From Nitrospirota bacterium (lineage in GTDB: Bacteria; Nitrospirota; Nitrospiria; 2-01-FULL-66-17), in NCBI GenBank assembly GCA_049325335.1, contig JBMOMC010000001.1, positions 532,193 to 596,192 on the forward strand: a stretch of DNA of 64,000 nucleotides, written 5' to 3'. Shown in pieces: positions 8,760-17,579 of this stretch. The position numbers and the translations under genes are program-made. The notes under the pieces were generated by a model. It did no database searches. It saw nothing but the letters and a program-made list of their open reading frames with translations, and was not told the origin of the DNA. Within the stretch, counting starts at the first letter, position 1. The number at the start of each line of letters is the position of its first letter.

Positions 8760-9695
8760 ATGAGCACGGGACAGAACGGAAAGGCCAACACGGGGAACGG
8801 AGTCGTGACACTCGATCCGGCCGAGCAACTCCGGAAGGAGATCGAGATCAGCGACCGCGATTTCTACGCCGTGTACGACCGCCGACACGGCAAGCGGCTA
8901 ATCCCCAGCGCTCGCGTCTACAACAACTGGGCGAAGGAGGCTGGGATCAAGACGCGGATCATCGAAGCGGGGTGCGACGCGGACAAGGCCTGGGCGCACG
9001 TCAAAGGCTGGATCGGCGTGGAAGCGAATCCCGTTCTGCAGCGCGAGGCACGCGTCACCATCGTGTGGAAAACCGAATGCGAAGACCTCGTCTGGAACGC
9101 GATCGCGCCCAAGACGGATCACCGGGGCCAGGTCGTCAAAGCCGGCAAGCCCTACACGATCGGCCCCGACGGCTATCCGGTCTTGACCGAACCCAGCGAT
9201 CAGTTGGCCATCATCCAGCAGCTCTCACGGCTCAAACGCTTCGGGGAACGGACCGCGGTGACCAAGGCCGAGGCGATCGTGGAGAAGAAATTGCTGGGCG
9301 TGGAGTATCGCGAGCCCGAGGAGATCACCCACGAGCAGCAAGAGACCGAGGCCGTGGCCGCGGCCAACGGCGAGACGGTGCAGGAGGCCTCAGGATCGGT
9401 CGCCGGGCTCAGGCCGCCAGCCGGGAACGGAGCGGCTGCACCGAGTGACGATCCGCCTCATCCCCGAAGCCGGGTGCTCAATACGGTTGTCGAGATCAAC
9501 GGCAAACGTCTGCGGACGGCCGGCATCCAGGCTGATCAACTGGAGGCGATTTGGGCGATGGCTCAGCGGTTAGGGAAGGGACCCGTGGCCGAGGTGCTCA
9601 AGGCATTTGGAGCGGAGAAATCGGTACACCTCTCCCGTGAGGAGGCGGGGCAGGTGTTGGCGAAGCTCAACGGGCGACTGTCAGAAGCGATCTAA
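8760..9695 (+). CDS. Hypothetical protein, putative single-strand annealing protein
   Basis: Strong RBS; follows an exonuclease; RFGERTAVTKAEAIVEKKLLGV helix, disordered linker, small helical C-terminal domain. Confidence 0.5.
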   Translation: MSTGQNGKANTGNGVVTLDPAEQLRKEIEISDRDFYAVYDRRHGKRLIPSARVYNNWAKEAGIKTRIIEAGCDADKAWAHVKGWIGVEANPVLQREARVTIVWKTECEDLVWNAIAPKTDHRGQVVKAGKPYTIGPDGYPVLTEPSDQLAIIQQLSRLKRFGERTAVTKAEAIVEKKLLGVEYREPEEITHEQQETEAVAAANGETVQEASGSVAGLRPPAGNGAAAPSDDPPHPRSRVLNTVVEINGKRLRTAGIQADQLEAIWAMAQRLGKGPVAEVLKAFGAEKSVHLSREEAGQVLAKLNGRLSEAI

Positions 9696-9902
9696 AAACA
9701 CGCTTGGGAAGCTCCTCACTCACACGGAAAACTCGTCTTGCGGCTCTTTCGGCGGTCAACACGTCAAAACGTTTGCTCATCGGCACATACGGAGTATGGT
9801 CACTTTGCGCTTGCTAACACTCGTTAACACTCGGAACTCGTTGTGGCCCGTCGTGGGCCATTGTAAATCATTGCGAATGATGTAAAACGCCTTCCGCACG
9901 CG

Positions 9903-11642
9903 CTAACACTTGGTAACACTCGGGGCCTCTTCTCGCAGGGAATAGACCACCTTGGGCGGCTTTCCTTCCCGTCGTAGAAAGCCGCCCGAACCACTCCATT
10001 TCCGTAGCAGCCGGGAGATTTCGACTCTCGCGGTTTGGGACTCTCCAAGATGCAGCAGCACGCGGCATTGTTTGGGCGTGATCGAGCCGTGATCCTGGAG
10101 AAACACCTTGACCATCTCAGCGTAGCGCAGCGGGCTGATTCCCTTCGCTTCTGAGTATGCCGCTTTGCCTAACAAGCCGCTGGCCACTGGCTTGGCCAAA
10201 TGAAAACTCGCGGCTTTGGTTCTGCCACGCCGTTCCAGCAAGGCGGTCGGCGGCTGCGTCAGCTGGTCGAGCACGCCCCGCGCCTCGTCGCGAGACAACT
10301 GAAGAACCTGGGCGGCCCTGGCTGAATCAATAAAGGCGTGCTCCCGCAAATAAGACAGCACCAGTAAGCCGTCCAGATCAACCTCGATGCCTTCTTGCTT
10401 CCATTTCGCGACCAAAGCGGCCATCCGTGCGTCAAAACTTCCGTCGAAGACGCGCAGGGTGACGCGGGTTCCATCGGTCTCATAGACGGGTGGTCGCTTT
10501 CCGTACGACAGAGCGGGCAGAAAGATGCGCCGCCGCCCAATGCCCGCCCGCTCGACCAACCGCAACTTTTCCAACGCCTCCGCCAGCGTCCGATTACGGC
10601 TCACGGGTTCACGCCGCAGGATGTTGTCGGGTGTAATGCCGCTGATAAAACCCCCGGGACTCGTAATCACCAGCTCGCGTTGAGTGTGCCGGATCAAGAC
10701 CTCGCCCGGATCGGAGTAGTCACGGTGCGTCACGGCGTTCAACACGGCTTCTCGCACGGCCTCCAAGGGGTAGGCAGGAATCCGTATCTTGAACAAGCCG
10801 ACGGACAACTCCTGCTCAGGATTGGCCGGCCCGGCGAAGTTCTGTTCGATGCGTTCGAGGATGTTCAGGAGCCCTTGTCGGTAAGAATCGTTCCGCGCGA
10901 CTGACACATCCGAGGTCTGCAGGACATAATGGACCTGGTGCTGCGGGCAACGTTCACTAAGGACCTCCTCCCGTCCAAACAACACCAGCCCCGCATGCGT
11001 AACCCGGCCGTTTCGTACCGCGCCAAGAGCAACCAGGAACAGCTCATCTGCCAGCTTCAGCAGTTCCGATTCAGGACTGATTCGCCGTAGGATGTTCCGC
11101 GCTCTTGCGATTTCGACGGGATCAAGATCAGTCAGGCGCAAATCGGTTGGTTGCCCGCTCCAGTCCACTGCGCCCGAAGAGATCTGTACGCGAGCAAAGT
11201 TCTGCGGATCGAGCGGCATGCAGTTCTTGCCCACGCGCCGTTTGAATAATCCCTGTGCGGTGCCATAAGGGGGCAAGCCACCCTTGGGCACTCGCACGAC
11301 CAAGAGCTTGCCGGTCCCTTCCGGCACAGGCAATTCCTCCACATCGATGCGCAGGTTCGGGCGCACGCCGTCGTAGATGCCGCGCCGCCACACGTCGAGG
11401 TCGTAACCCGTCGCGCCGCGAATGGCTGCAGCCCGTCCGCGCGTCTCGTCTGCCACGCCGAAGACAATGACACCACCGTCCGCGTTCGCCAGACAGGCAG
11501 CATACTCGACGGCCACTTTCATGTCGGATTTCGGGTCGGTCCACGGCTTGAAGTCAAGCCACTGCGTTTCCAAATCATCCGCCACAGCGGTGTTCAGTTT
11601 GTCCAAGAGGGCCAGAATCTCGGCGTTGGTCGGAATGCTCAT
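9903..11642 (-). CDS. Schlafen/AlbA_2 + HATPase_c_4 + wHTH protein
   Basis: ETQWLDFK, ACLANADGGVIVFGVAD, YPLEAVREAVLNAVTHRDY, SPGG, RNRTLA, ERAGIG. Confidence 0.88.
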   Translation of the reverse strand: MSIPTNAEILALLDKLNTAVADDLETQWLDFKPWTDPKSDMKVAVEYAACLANADGGVIVFGVADETRGRAAAIRGATGYDLDVWRRGIYDGVRPNLRIDVEELPVPEGTGKLLVVRVPKGGLPPYGTAQGLFKRRVGKNCMPLDPQNFARVQISSGAVDWSGQPTDLRLTDLDPVEIARARNILRRISPESELLKLADELFLVALGAVRNGRVTHAGLVLFGREEVLSERCPQHQVHYVLQTSDVSVARNDSYRQGLLNILERIEQNFAGPANPEQELSVGLFKIRIPAYPLEAVREAVLNAVTHRDYSDPGEVLIRHTQRELVITSPGGFISGITPDNILRREPVSRNRTLAEALEKLRLVERAGIGRRRIFLPALSYGKRPPVYETDGTRVTLRVFDGSFDARMAALVAKWKQEGIEVDLDGLLVLSYLREHAFIDSARAAQVLQLSRDEARGVLDQLTQPPTALLERRGRTKAASFHLAKPVASGLLGKAAYSEAKGISPLRYAEMVKVFLQDHGSITPKQCRVLLHLGESQTARVEISRLLRKWSGSGGFLRREGKPPKVVYSLREEAPSVTKC

Positions 11643-11761
11643 AGCGTGAACCTGATGGATGTCTGCGGGGCTTTCACGCAAATCATGTCAGCTGAGCCCC
11701 GAGTAAGTATAGAGACATTGTCTGCTCATTGTGGGACCCTCCTCACTTCTTATACGGCTCG

Positions 11762-11860
11762 TTAGAAATCCCGAATGGCTTCTTCGGGATACACTTGACC
11801 CGACCGCATCCCATCGTCATCCACACCAAGCACGAGCGTGCCCCTGGCAGTCGTGCGGGG
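11762..11860 (-). pseudogene. Collapsed remnant of a second AlbA_2/HATPase_c_4 gene
   Basis: One frame reads TARGTLVLGVDDDG-MRSGQV-YPEEAIRDF-stop. Confidence 0.4.
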
Positions 11861-11908
11861 CAATAGCGCCCGTGATGAGTGGGCCGATTGATCCGAGCCC
11901 CTGGGTTT

Positions 11909-12619
11909 TCAATAATCCCAATTCTCACGCCGAACCGGAAGGCGGTTAAGCACGTCGCGATAGAACTGCCACTTGGGCATAAATCGGTCCATGAGCGCAA
12001 CAAATCGGGCGTTGTGTGTCGGCTCCAGCAAGTGAACCAACTCGTGAACAACGATGTATTCGACGCACTCTCGTGGCTTCTTCGCCAGCTCGGTGTTGAG
12101 GCGGATCGTGCGTGCTCTGTGGTTACAACTCCCCCATTTGGTTTTCATCCGCTGCACAAAAAACCGCTCCACCTTTGCGCCCGTCAGACGTTCCCACTTG
12201 GCAATCAAGGGCGGCACCGCTTGCTTGAGTTGCTGGCGATACCATTCCTCGACGATGGCCTCCCTCTTCTGTTCGTCTGCTCCAGGTCGAACCCGTAGGA
12301 GCATCCGGCTGTGTCGTAGTTCGACGGACGGTACCTGGTCGCTCTCGCAAACCGTGAGCAGGTAGCGCTTCCCCCACACATAATGGCTTTCCCGGTCCAA
12401 ATATTCGCGCGGAGTTTCGCGTTCCTGTTCCCGGAGCTTTCGCTGTTGTCGTTTGATCCAGTCGAGCTTTGAAATGGCAAAGACCCGGATCGTGTCGAGG
12501 CTCATGCGCAGCGGCGCCGAAATCCGTACTCTGCCGGTTGGCGGATACACGCTGAGATGAACGTTCTTGATGTTCTTCAGCACCACGTCCACCGCAATAT
12601 CACCCAATTCGACCTGCAT
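11909..12619 (-). CDS. YgjP/DUF45 (M48-like) metallopeptidase associated with type I RM
   Basis: MKTKWGSC, YIVVHELVHL, HNARF. Confidence 0.9.
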   Translation of the reverse strand: MQVELGDIAVDVVLKNIKNVHLSVYPPTGRVRISAPLRMSLDTIRVFAISKLDWIKRQQRKLREQERETPREYLDRESHYVWGKRYLLTVCESDQVPSVELRHSRMLLRVRPGADEQKREAIVEEWYRQQLKQAVPPLIAKWERLTGAKVERFFVQRMKTKWGSCNHRARTIRLNTELAKKPRECVEYIVVHELVHLLEPTHNARFVALMDRFMPKWQFYRDVLNRLPVRRENWDY

Positions 12620-12624
12620 AATCG

Positions 12625-15600
12625 TCAGTATTCTATTTGTGCTTTGATAATGAGGAAGATGCGCTCCACCTCGCCCACGTCCTGCAACACGTCATACAGG
12701 GCTTTCTTGACCATTTGCTCTCGTGCCTGGACGCCGCGCCACCCATCCGGTCGCTTCGTCTTCACGGCTTCGTCGATCTTCAATGCGATTACTTCATTCT
12801 GGCCAAGGTTGTTGTATAGGGCGCGTTTGCCCGGTGTGTCCAACGCCGCTGGCGTGTCCTCGGCTTGCCCCGCTTCCACCTTTTTCGCCAATTCGGCGAT
12901 CCGCTTCAGGTACTCTTCATACTCGATCGCCCGTGCCTTGCGGTCGGCGATGATCTCGTCCAGCAGAGTAGACATCTTCTCATAGTAAGCCGGGTCGTTC
13001 AGGTGCTCTTTGATGATTTTGCTGCGGACATTGTTCTCAATCGTTTCGGCCACCGCATTCTTGTTGCCTTTTAATCCACCGAGCTGCGTGGCAATGGCAT
13101 TGGCAATCCCGGTCTTCACAATGAGGTCCACCAGGCTCATGTTGTCGAAGGGAGAGATCTTCCTCGGCTCATCGGCTTCGATATACGTGTCGATGAGGTG
13201 CCGCATGTCCGCCTCATACGCCTTCAGGTCGAGGCTCTCCCCGCTCGCCTTGCGGATGATCTCGCGGACGTTGAGATAATGGGTGAGGTGTTGCTTGATG
13301 CGTCCCACGTCGCCGACGCTGTATCCGGCGGGTTCCAATTCATCCGCGATGTTGGCGTAGGCCCTAACCAGGGCCACGGTCGCTTTGTAGAGCGCAGCGC
13401 GTTGCGGCTCATGTTCCTGCAGGTCCTCCGGAATCTCCGTATTGCCGCAGAAGTAGTGGATATGTTCCAACTCGCCCTGCGGCGACTCAACCGGCTCGCA
13501 CAACAAGGCGAGAGCTTCGAGCGCGTTGTCGAGGCGTTCCTTCCCCTTCTTCAGGCGGTCCTGCAGCAGCACCTCTGGGTCCGCTCCACCTGCGCTGTGA
13601 TCCAGCTCGGAGGTGTACACCGCGATCGCATTCTCGACCTTCTTGAACAGGTCTTTGTAGTCCACGATGTAGCCGAAGTCCTTGTCCTCACCGTCCAGCC
13701 GGTTGACGCGGCAAATGGCCTGAAACAGACCGTGGTCCTGCATGGACTTGTCAATATAGAGATACGTGCAAGGCGGCGCATCGAAGCCGGTCAGCAGCTT
13801 GTCCACCACAACTAACAGCGCCATGTTCGCCGGCTCTTTGGTGAAGAGCGTCTTCGCCCACTCCTCGTAGGTCTCCGTCTTCGTCATCCCCGGCTTGGGG
13901 TCGACGTCCTTCAGCAGCTCGGTGTAGGTGTTGTAGATAAACTGCTTGTCGGTTTCGGTGTTCGCGCCGATCTCCTCCCTTGTCACGTCCTGCGCCTGGG
14001 GGTTGTAGGAGGTCACCACCGCGCACTTCCCTCTGAACGGCGTCTTTTGGAACAGCGTGAAATACTTGCACGCTTCGTAAATGCTGGAGGCCACCAAGAT
14101 CGCATTCCCGCGCTCGCTGGACAGGCGCGGCTTCACGCTGAAGTCGAATACGATGTCGCTCACCACTCGCTCCATCCGTGAGCGGGAGCTGAGTACGCTC
14201 TGCATCGTGCCCCACTGTTTCTTCAACTCGTCCTTCTGCCACTCGTTCAGCCCCTTGGTCTTGGCCTCGAACCACGCATCGATCCTGTTCTCCGAGCCCA
14301 GGCGCTGGTCAATATCGCGCGCCTCATAAACCAAATCGAGCACCACTCCGTCTTCAACGCCCTCGCTGAACTTGTAAGTGTGGATGTAACCGCCAAACAC
14401 TTCGAGGCTCGTCGCCTTATCTTTTTTCAGGAGCGGCGTTCCCGTGAAACCAATGAACACTGCGTTGGGCATGAGCGCCTTCATCACACGGTGCAGCTTG
14501 CCGCTCTGCGTGCGATGACACTCGTCCACGAACACGAACACCTCGCCCACCGTGGGGCTGGGTTGGGCTTCCAGCTCCTTGATGAACGCGTCAAAGTCGT
14601 CCACGCCCTTCTGGCCGAACTTGTGGACCAGTGAACACAGCAGGCGCGGCTTGGCCTGGCCGAGTTGGCCCATTAGGTCGCGGCCACTGCTCGTTCGCTT
14701 GATCGCCTCACCCGATTCGTTGAAGACGCGCTCGATCTGCTTGTCCAACTCATCGCGGTCGGTGATGATAGCAACGCGAGCGTTGGGGTTGTTCTCCAGA
14801 ATCCACTTGGCCAGGAGTACCATGACAATGCTCTTGCCGCTGCCCTGCGTGTGCCACATGATGCCGCCCTTCTTCTGGCGGACATGTTCCTGTGCGGCCT
14901 TGATGCCGAAATATTGGTGCGCACGCGGCAGCTTCTTCACCCCGCCGTCAAACAATACGAAGTCATGTATCAGCTCGATCAGCCGGTCTTTGCGGCACAT
15001 CTTGAGCAGGTACTTGTCGAGTTTGAAGCGGGTGTTGTCCGCTTCGTCCTCTTTCCACTTCAGGAAATATTTCTCCGGTGTCCCGATGGCGCCGTATTGC
15101 AGTCCTTCTGAATCGTTTCCGGCGAACACAATTTGAACGGTAGAGAAGAACCATTCGTTGAACTCAGGCTGCTGGTTGGAGAGCAGTTGGCGAATGCCGT
15201 CCCCGATAGAGATGCGGCTGTTCTTCAACTCCAACACAGCGATGGCAATGCCATTGACGTACAGCACAATATCCGGCCGCCGCTCATGGTTCCCTCTGAG
15301 CGTCACCTCCTCGGAAATGGCAAAGTCGTTCTTCAGCGGTTCCTGCCAGTTGATGACGTGGACGGTCTCGGTGACCTTGCCCGCCTCGACCTTTACAGGA
15401 ACGCCGTAACGTAACAGGCTATAAGTGGCTTGGTTGTTACCGTAGAGGGTGCGGCTGTGATTATCGGCTTCAGTACGCAGCTTGTAGAGGGCCGCGCTGA
15501 TCTGCGGCGGCGTGTAGCCGCTCTTCTTGAGCCATTCGGTGAGCAGCCTTTCTTCGATGTTGCTGTTGCTGTCGCGGTCGGTCCGGTCGCCGAGGTAGCG

Positions 15601-15675
15601 GTAGCCCAGCTCGTCGCGGAACAAAGCAATGACGCGCTCTTGCGTCGCGCGTTCGGGTTGGCCGACGCCGTTCAT
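12625..15675 (-). CDS. hsdR: Type I restriction subunit R
   Basis: RPDIVLYVNGI..ELK, WHTQGSGKS, DECHR, GFTGTP, LLTGFDAP, QAICRVNR. Confidence 0.97.
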   Translation of the reverse strand: MNGVGQPERATQERVIALFRDELGYRYLGDRTDRDSNSNIEERLLTEWLKKSGYTPPQISAALYKLRTEADNHSRTLYGNNQATYSLLRYGVPVKVEAGKVTETVHVINWQEPLKNDFAISEEVTLRGNHERRPDIVLYVNGIAIAVLELKNSRISIGDGIRQLLSNQQPEFNEWFFSTVQIVFAGNDSEGLQYGAIGTPEKYFLKWKEDEADNTRFKLDKYLLKMCRKDRLIELIHDFVLFDGGVKKLPRAHQYFGIKAAQEHVRQKKGGIMWHTQGSGKSIVMVLLAKWILENNPNARVAIITDRDELDKQIERVFNESGEAIKRTSSGRDLMGQLGQAKPRLLCSLVHKFGQKGVDDFDAFIKELEAQPSPTVGEVFVFVDECHRTQSGKLHRVMKALMPNAVFIGFTGTPLLKKDKATSLEVFGGYIHTYKFSEGVEDGVVLDLVYEARDIDQRLGSENRIDAWFEAKTKGLNEWQKDELKKQWGTMQSVLSSRSRMERVVSDIVFDFSVKPRLSSERGNAILVASSIYEACKYFTLFQKTPFRGKCAVVTSYNPQAQDVTREEIGANTETDKQFIYNTYTELLKDVDPKPGMTKTETYEEWAKTLFTKEPANMALLVVVDKLLTGFDAPPCTYLYIDKSMQDHGLFQAICRVNRLDGEDKDFGYIVDYKDLFKKVENAIAVYTSELDHSAGGADPEVLLQDRLKKGKERLDNALEALALLCEPVESPQGELEHIHYFCGNTEIPEDLQEHEPQRAALYKATVALVRAYANIADELEPAGYSVGDVGRIKQHLTHYLNVREIIRKASGESLDLKAYEADMRHLIDTYIEADEPRKISPFDNMSLVDLIVKTGIANAIATQLGGLKGNKNAVAETIENNVRSKIIKEHLNDPAYYEKMSTLLDEIIADRKARAIEYEEYLKRIAELAKKVEAGQAEDTPAALDTPGKRALYNNLGQNEVIALKIDEAVKTKRPDGWRGVQAREQMVKKALYDVLQDVGEVERIFLIIKAQIEY

Positions 15676-17579
15676 CAGTCACGCCCTTCGGAAGCGAACA
15701 GCTGCCTGCATGATCTGATTGCTCGGCTGATCTTGTCCTCAGAAAAGATTGCGCGATCCAGCTTGGCCTCCCATTCGGGATGGTCTTGGATGACCTGCTT
15801 CACCGTGGCCACATCCACCACCTTCCCCTCGCGGCGAAGATCCTCCATGGCCATATCCACGGTCGTTAGCAATTCCAGCTCGTCATTAGACTTGCAGCGA
15901 AACTGCTCCAACCAGGTCAAGACGTCATCGCCATACCACTTGGAGAAATAACTTTGTGCCTCGCCAATCTTTTCACCAGCAACAAATCCAGAGAATTTGT
16001 CACGGGAATGCACGCTGACGTAGCCATTATTGAGTGCAATTCCTTCAGGCCCTTTGTATCTGGTTGCCGGGTTGTAAGGTCCTGCGGCCTTCTTGAGATA
16101 GCCTTCAGGCTGTATTTCCACATGGCGATGGAGCAGGTACGAGAGTTTGGTATAACGCTTCCGGCCCAACGGCCATTGTCTCGAGCCGAAGTTCTTGGCC
16201 AGAACGGAAATGACCACGGCCTCGTTGATCTGCCAGTTGTGCGACGTAGTGGGGGCTGACGTGGACTTCTTCCTTACCGGCAGGTGGACAACTTCCGAGG
16301 CCGGTCGAACTAAGCGAATCCTCCCGGTGAGCAACTCCTGCATCATGCCCTGCTTGAGCTGACCGGATTTTGCTAGTTTGGCTTCCAACGCAGCGATGTC
16401 AGCGTCCATGTCGAAAAGGATGTTGGCGATGGCAATTTGCTCTTCAATGGTCGCTGGCGTTCTGTAAACGAAATTGACGAAATCCTTCTGATAAAGGTGA
16501 TTGATTGTCGACCCGGCACTGAGCTGAACAAGAAACTCGGTGAAGACGTTAGAACAAAGGAGGTAATAGAAGAACTCGGGATGAAAGGCCTCTGCGATCG
16601 GCCGGATCACGAAGACCCCACTATTAAGCGTAGCTGGTTTAGGCAGGTCGGTGATCAACGCGACCTTGCCGATGGTGCCGTCCTTTGTCACGAGAACATC
16701 GTGCTCTTTCAACTGGATGTTCTTGTCCTGCTTGTAGCGAGACTCATCGACGTAGTGGCAATTGTTCCAGTCGATATAGCCCTCTTTGAATTCAGTGCCT
16801 GTCACGAGGTAGTAGTCCCCGGAGTCCAGGTATTCAGCAGTCGTTAAGCCCTGCCATCCAATGCGCGCTTTGAGAATAGCCGTAGTCCCCAACCGCTTCC
16901 GCTCCCACTCCCCGCTAAACCCCGGTAGACGCTTCTTGCCGGTAAGCAATTCCTGCATGGCGCCTTGTTTGAGGTGGCGTTTTTTTGCGAGGAGTTGCTC
17001 CAGGGATTCGACGAGGGCATCCGCATCGCTCAACGCCTCGGCAATGGCTTCTTGTTCTGCTTTGGTAGGCGGGAGTGCAAGACGGACTTGCTTTACTGTC
17101 GTCAAATTCATTCCGGCTTTGGCACCAGAGTCAGTGAGCGCTCGAAAAATCTTTTGCGGCTTCTCGGATGCCAAGAAGTAACTGACGAATTTGGGGTTGG
17201 TAATTGAGGGATCGAATCGCACTAACGCGATGTGTTGATTGATGTAGGCAGGCCTTGGAACTTGTGCGGAGACGTAACTAACAATTCCAATATCGGCGGT
17301 GATTGAAATCAGGACATCGCCGGGTTGAAGCTGTGTGCGTGCACCCTCGCTGTTGTCAGCGGGAAGGCTGACAAAACGAAGATCATTCAGGTCCAAGTGA
17401 ATTGAGCCACGGGTAAGGTTGGTAATACGAATGAATGGTGAACCGTGATCGGCATAGAAACCTGCCCAGCCACGCGAGCCACTGGTAACAAAGGGGTGCA
17501 AATCACCAATCGGCTTGGCTTCCCAATCCTCCGGAATCACGCCCACATCGGTCTGCTTATAGCCGGGTCTCACTTCCAC
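15675..17579 (-). CDS. hsdS: Type I specificity subunit S with an extra ~210-aa C-terminal domain
   Basis: GVIPEDW; two TRDs; two EQ.AIA...KQG.MQELLTG repeats; frame continues past LLTGRIRLV. Confidence 0.95.
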   Translation of the reverse strand: MEVRPGYKQTDVGVIPEDWEAKPIGDLHPFVTSGSRGWAGFYADHGSPFIRITNLTRGSIHLDLNDLRFVSLPADNSEGARTQLQPGDVLISITADIGIVSYVSAQVPRPAYINQHIALVRFDPSITNPKFVSYFLASEKPQKIFRALTDSGAKAGMNLTTVKQVRLALPPTKAEQEAIAEALSDADALVESLEQLLAKKRHLKQGAMQELLTGKKRLPGFSGEWERKRLGTTAILKARIGWQGLTTAEYLDSGDYYLVTGTEFKEGYIDWNNCHYVDESRYKQDKNIQLKEHDVLVTKDGTIGKVALITDLPKPATLNSGVFVIRPIAEAFHPEFFYYLLCSNVFTEFLVQLSAGSTINHLYQKDFVNFVYRTPATIEEQIAIANILFDMDADIAALEAKLAKSGQLKQGMMQELLTGRIRLVRPASEVVHLPVRKKSTSAPTTSHNWQINEAVVISVLAKNFGSRQWPLGRKRYTKLSYLLHRHVEIQPEGYLKKAAGPYNPATRYKGPEGIALNNGYVSVHSRDKFSGFVAGEKIGEAQSYFSKWYGDDVLTWLEQFRCKSNDELELLTTVDMAMEDLRREGKVVDVATVKQVIQDHPEWEAKLDRAIFSEDKISRAIRSCRQLFASEGRD

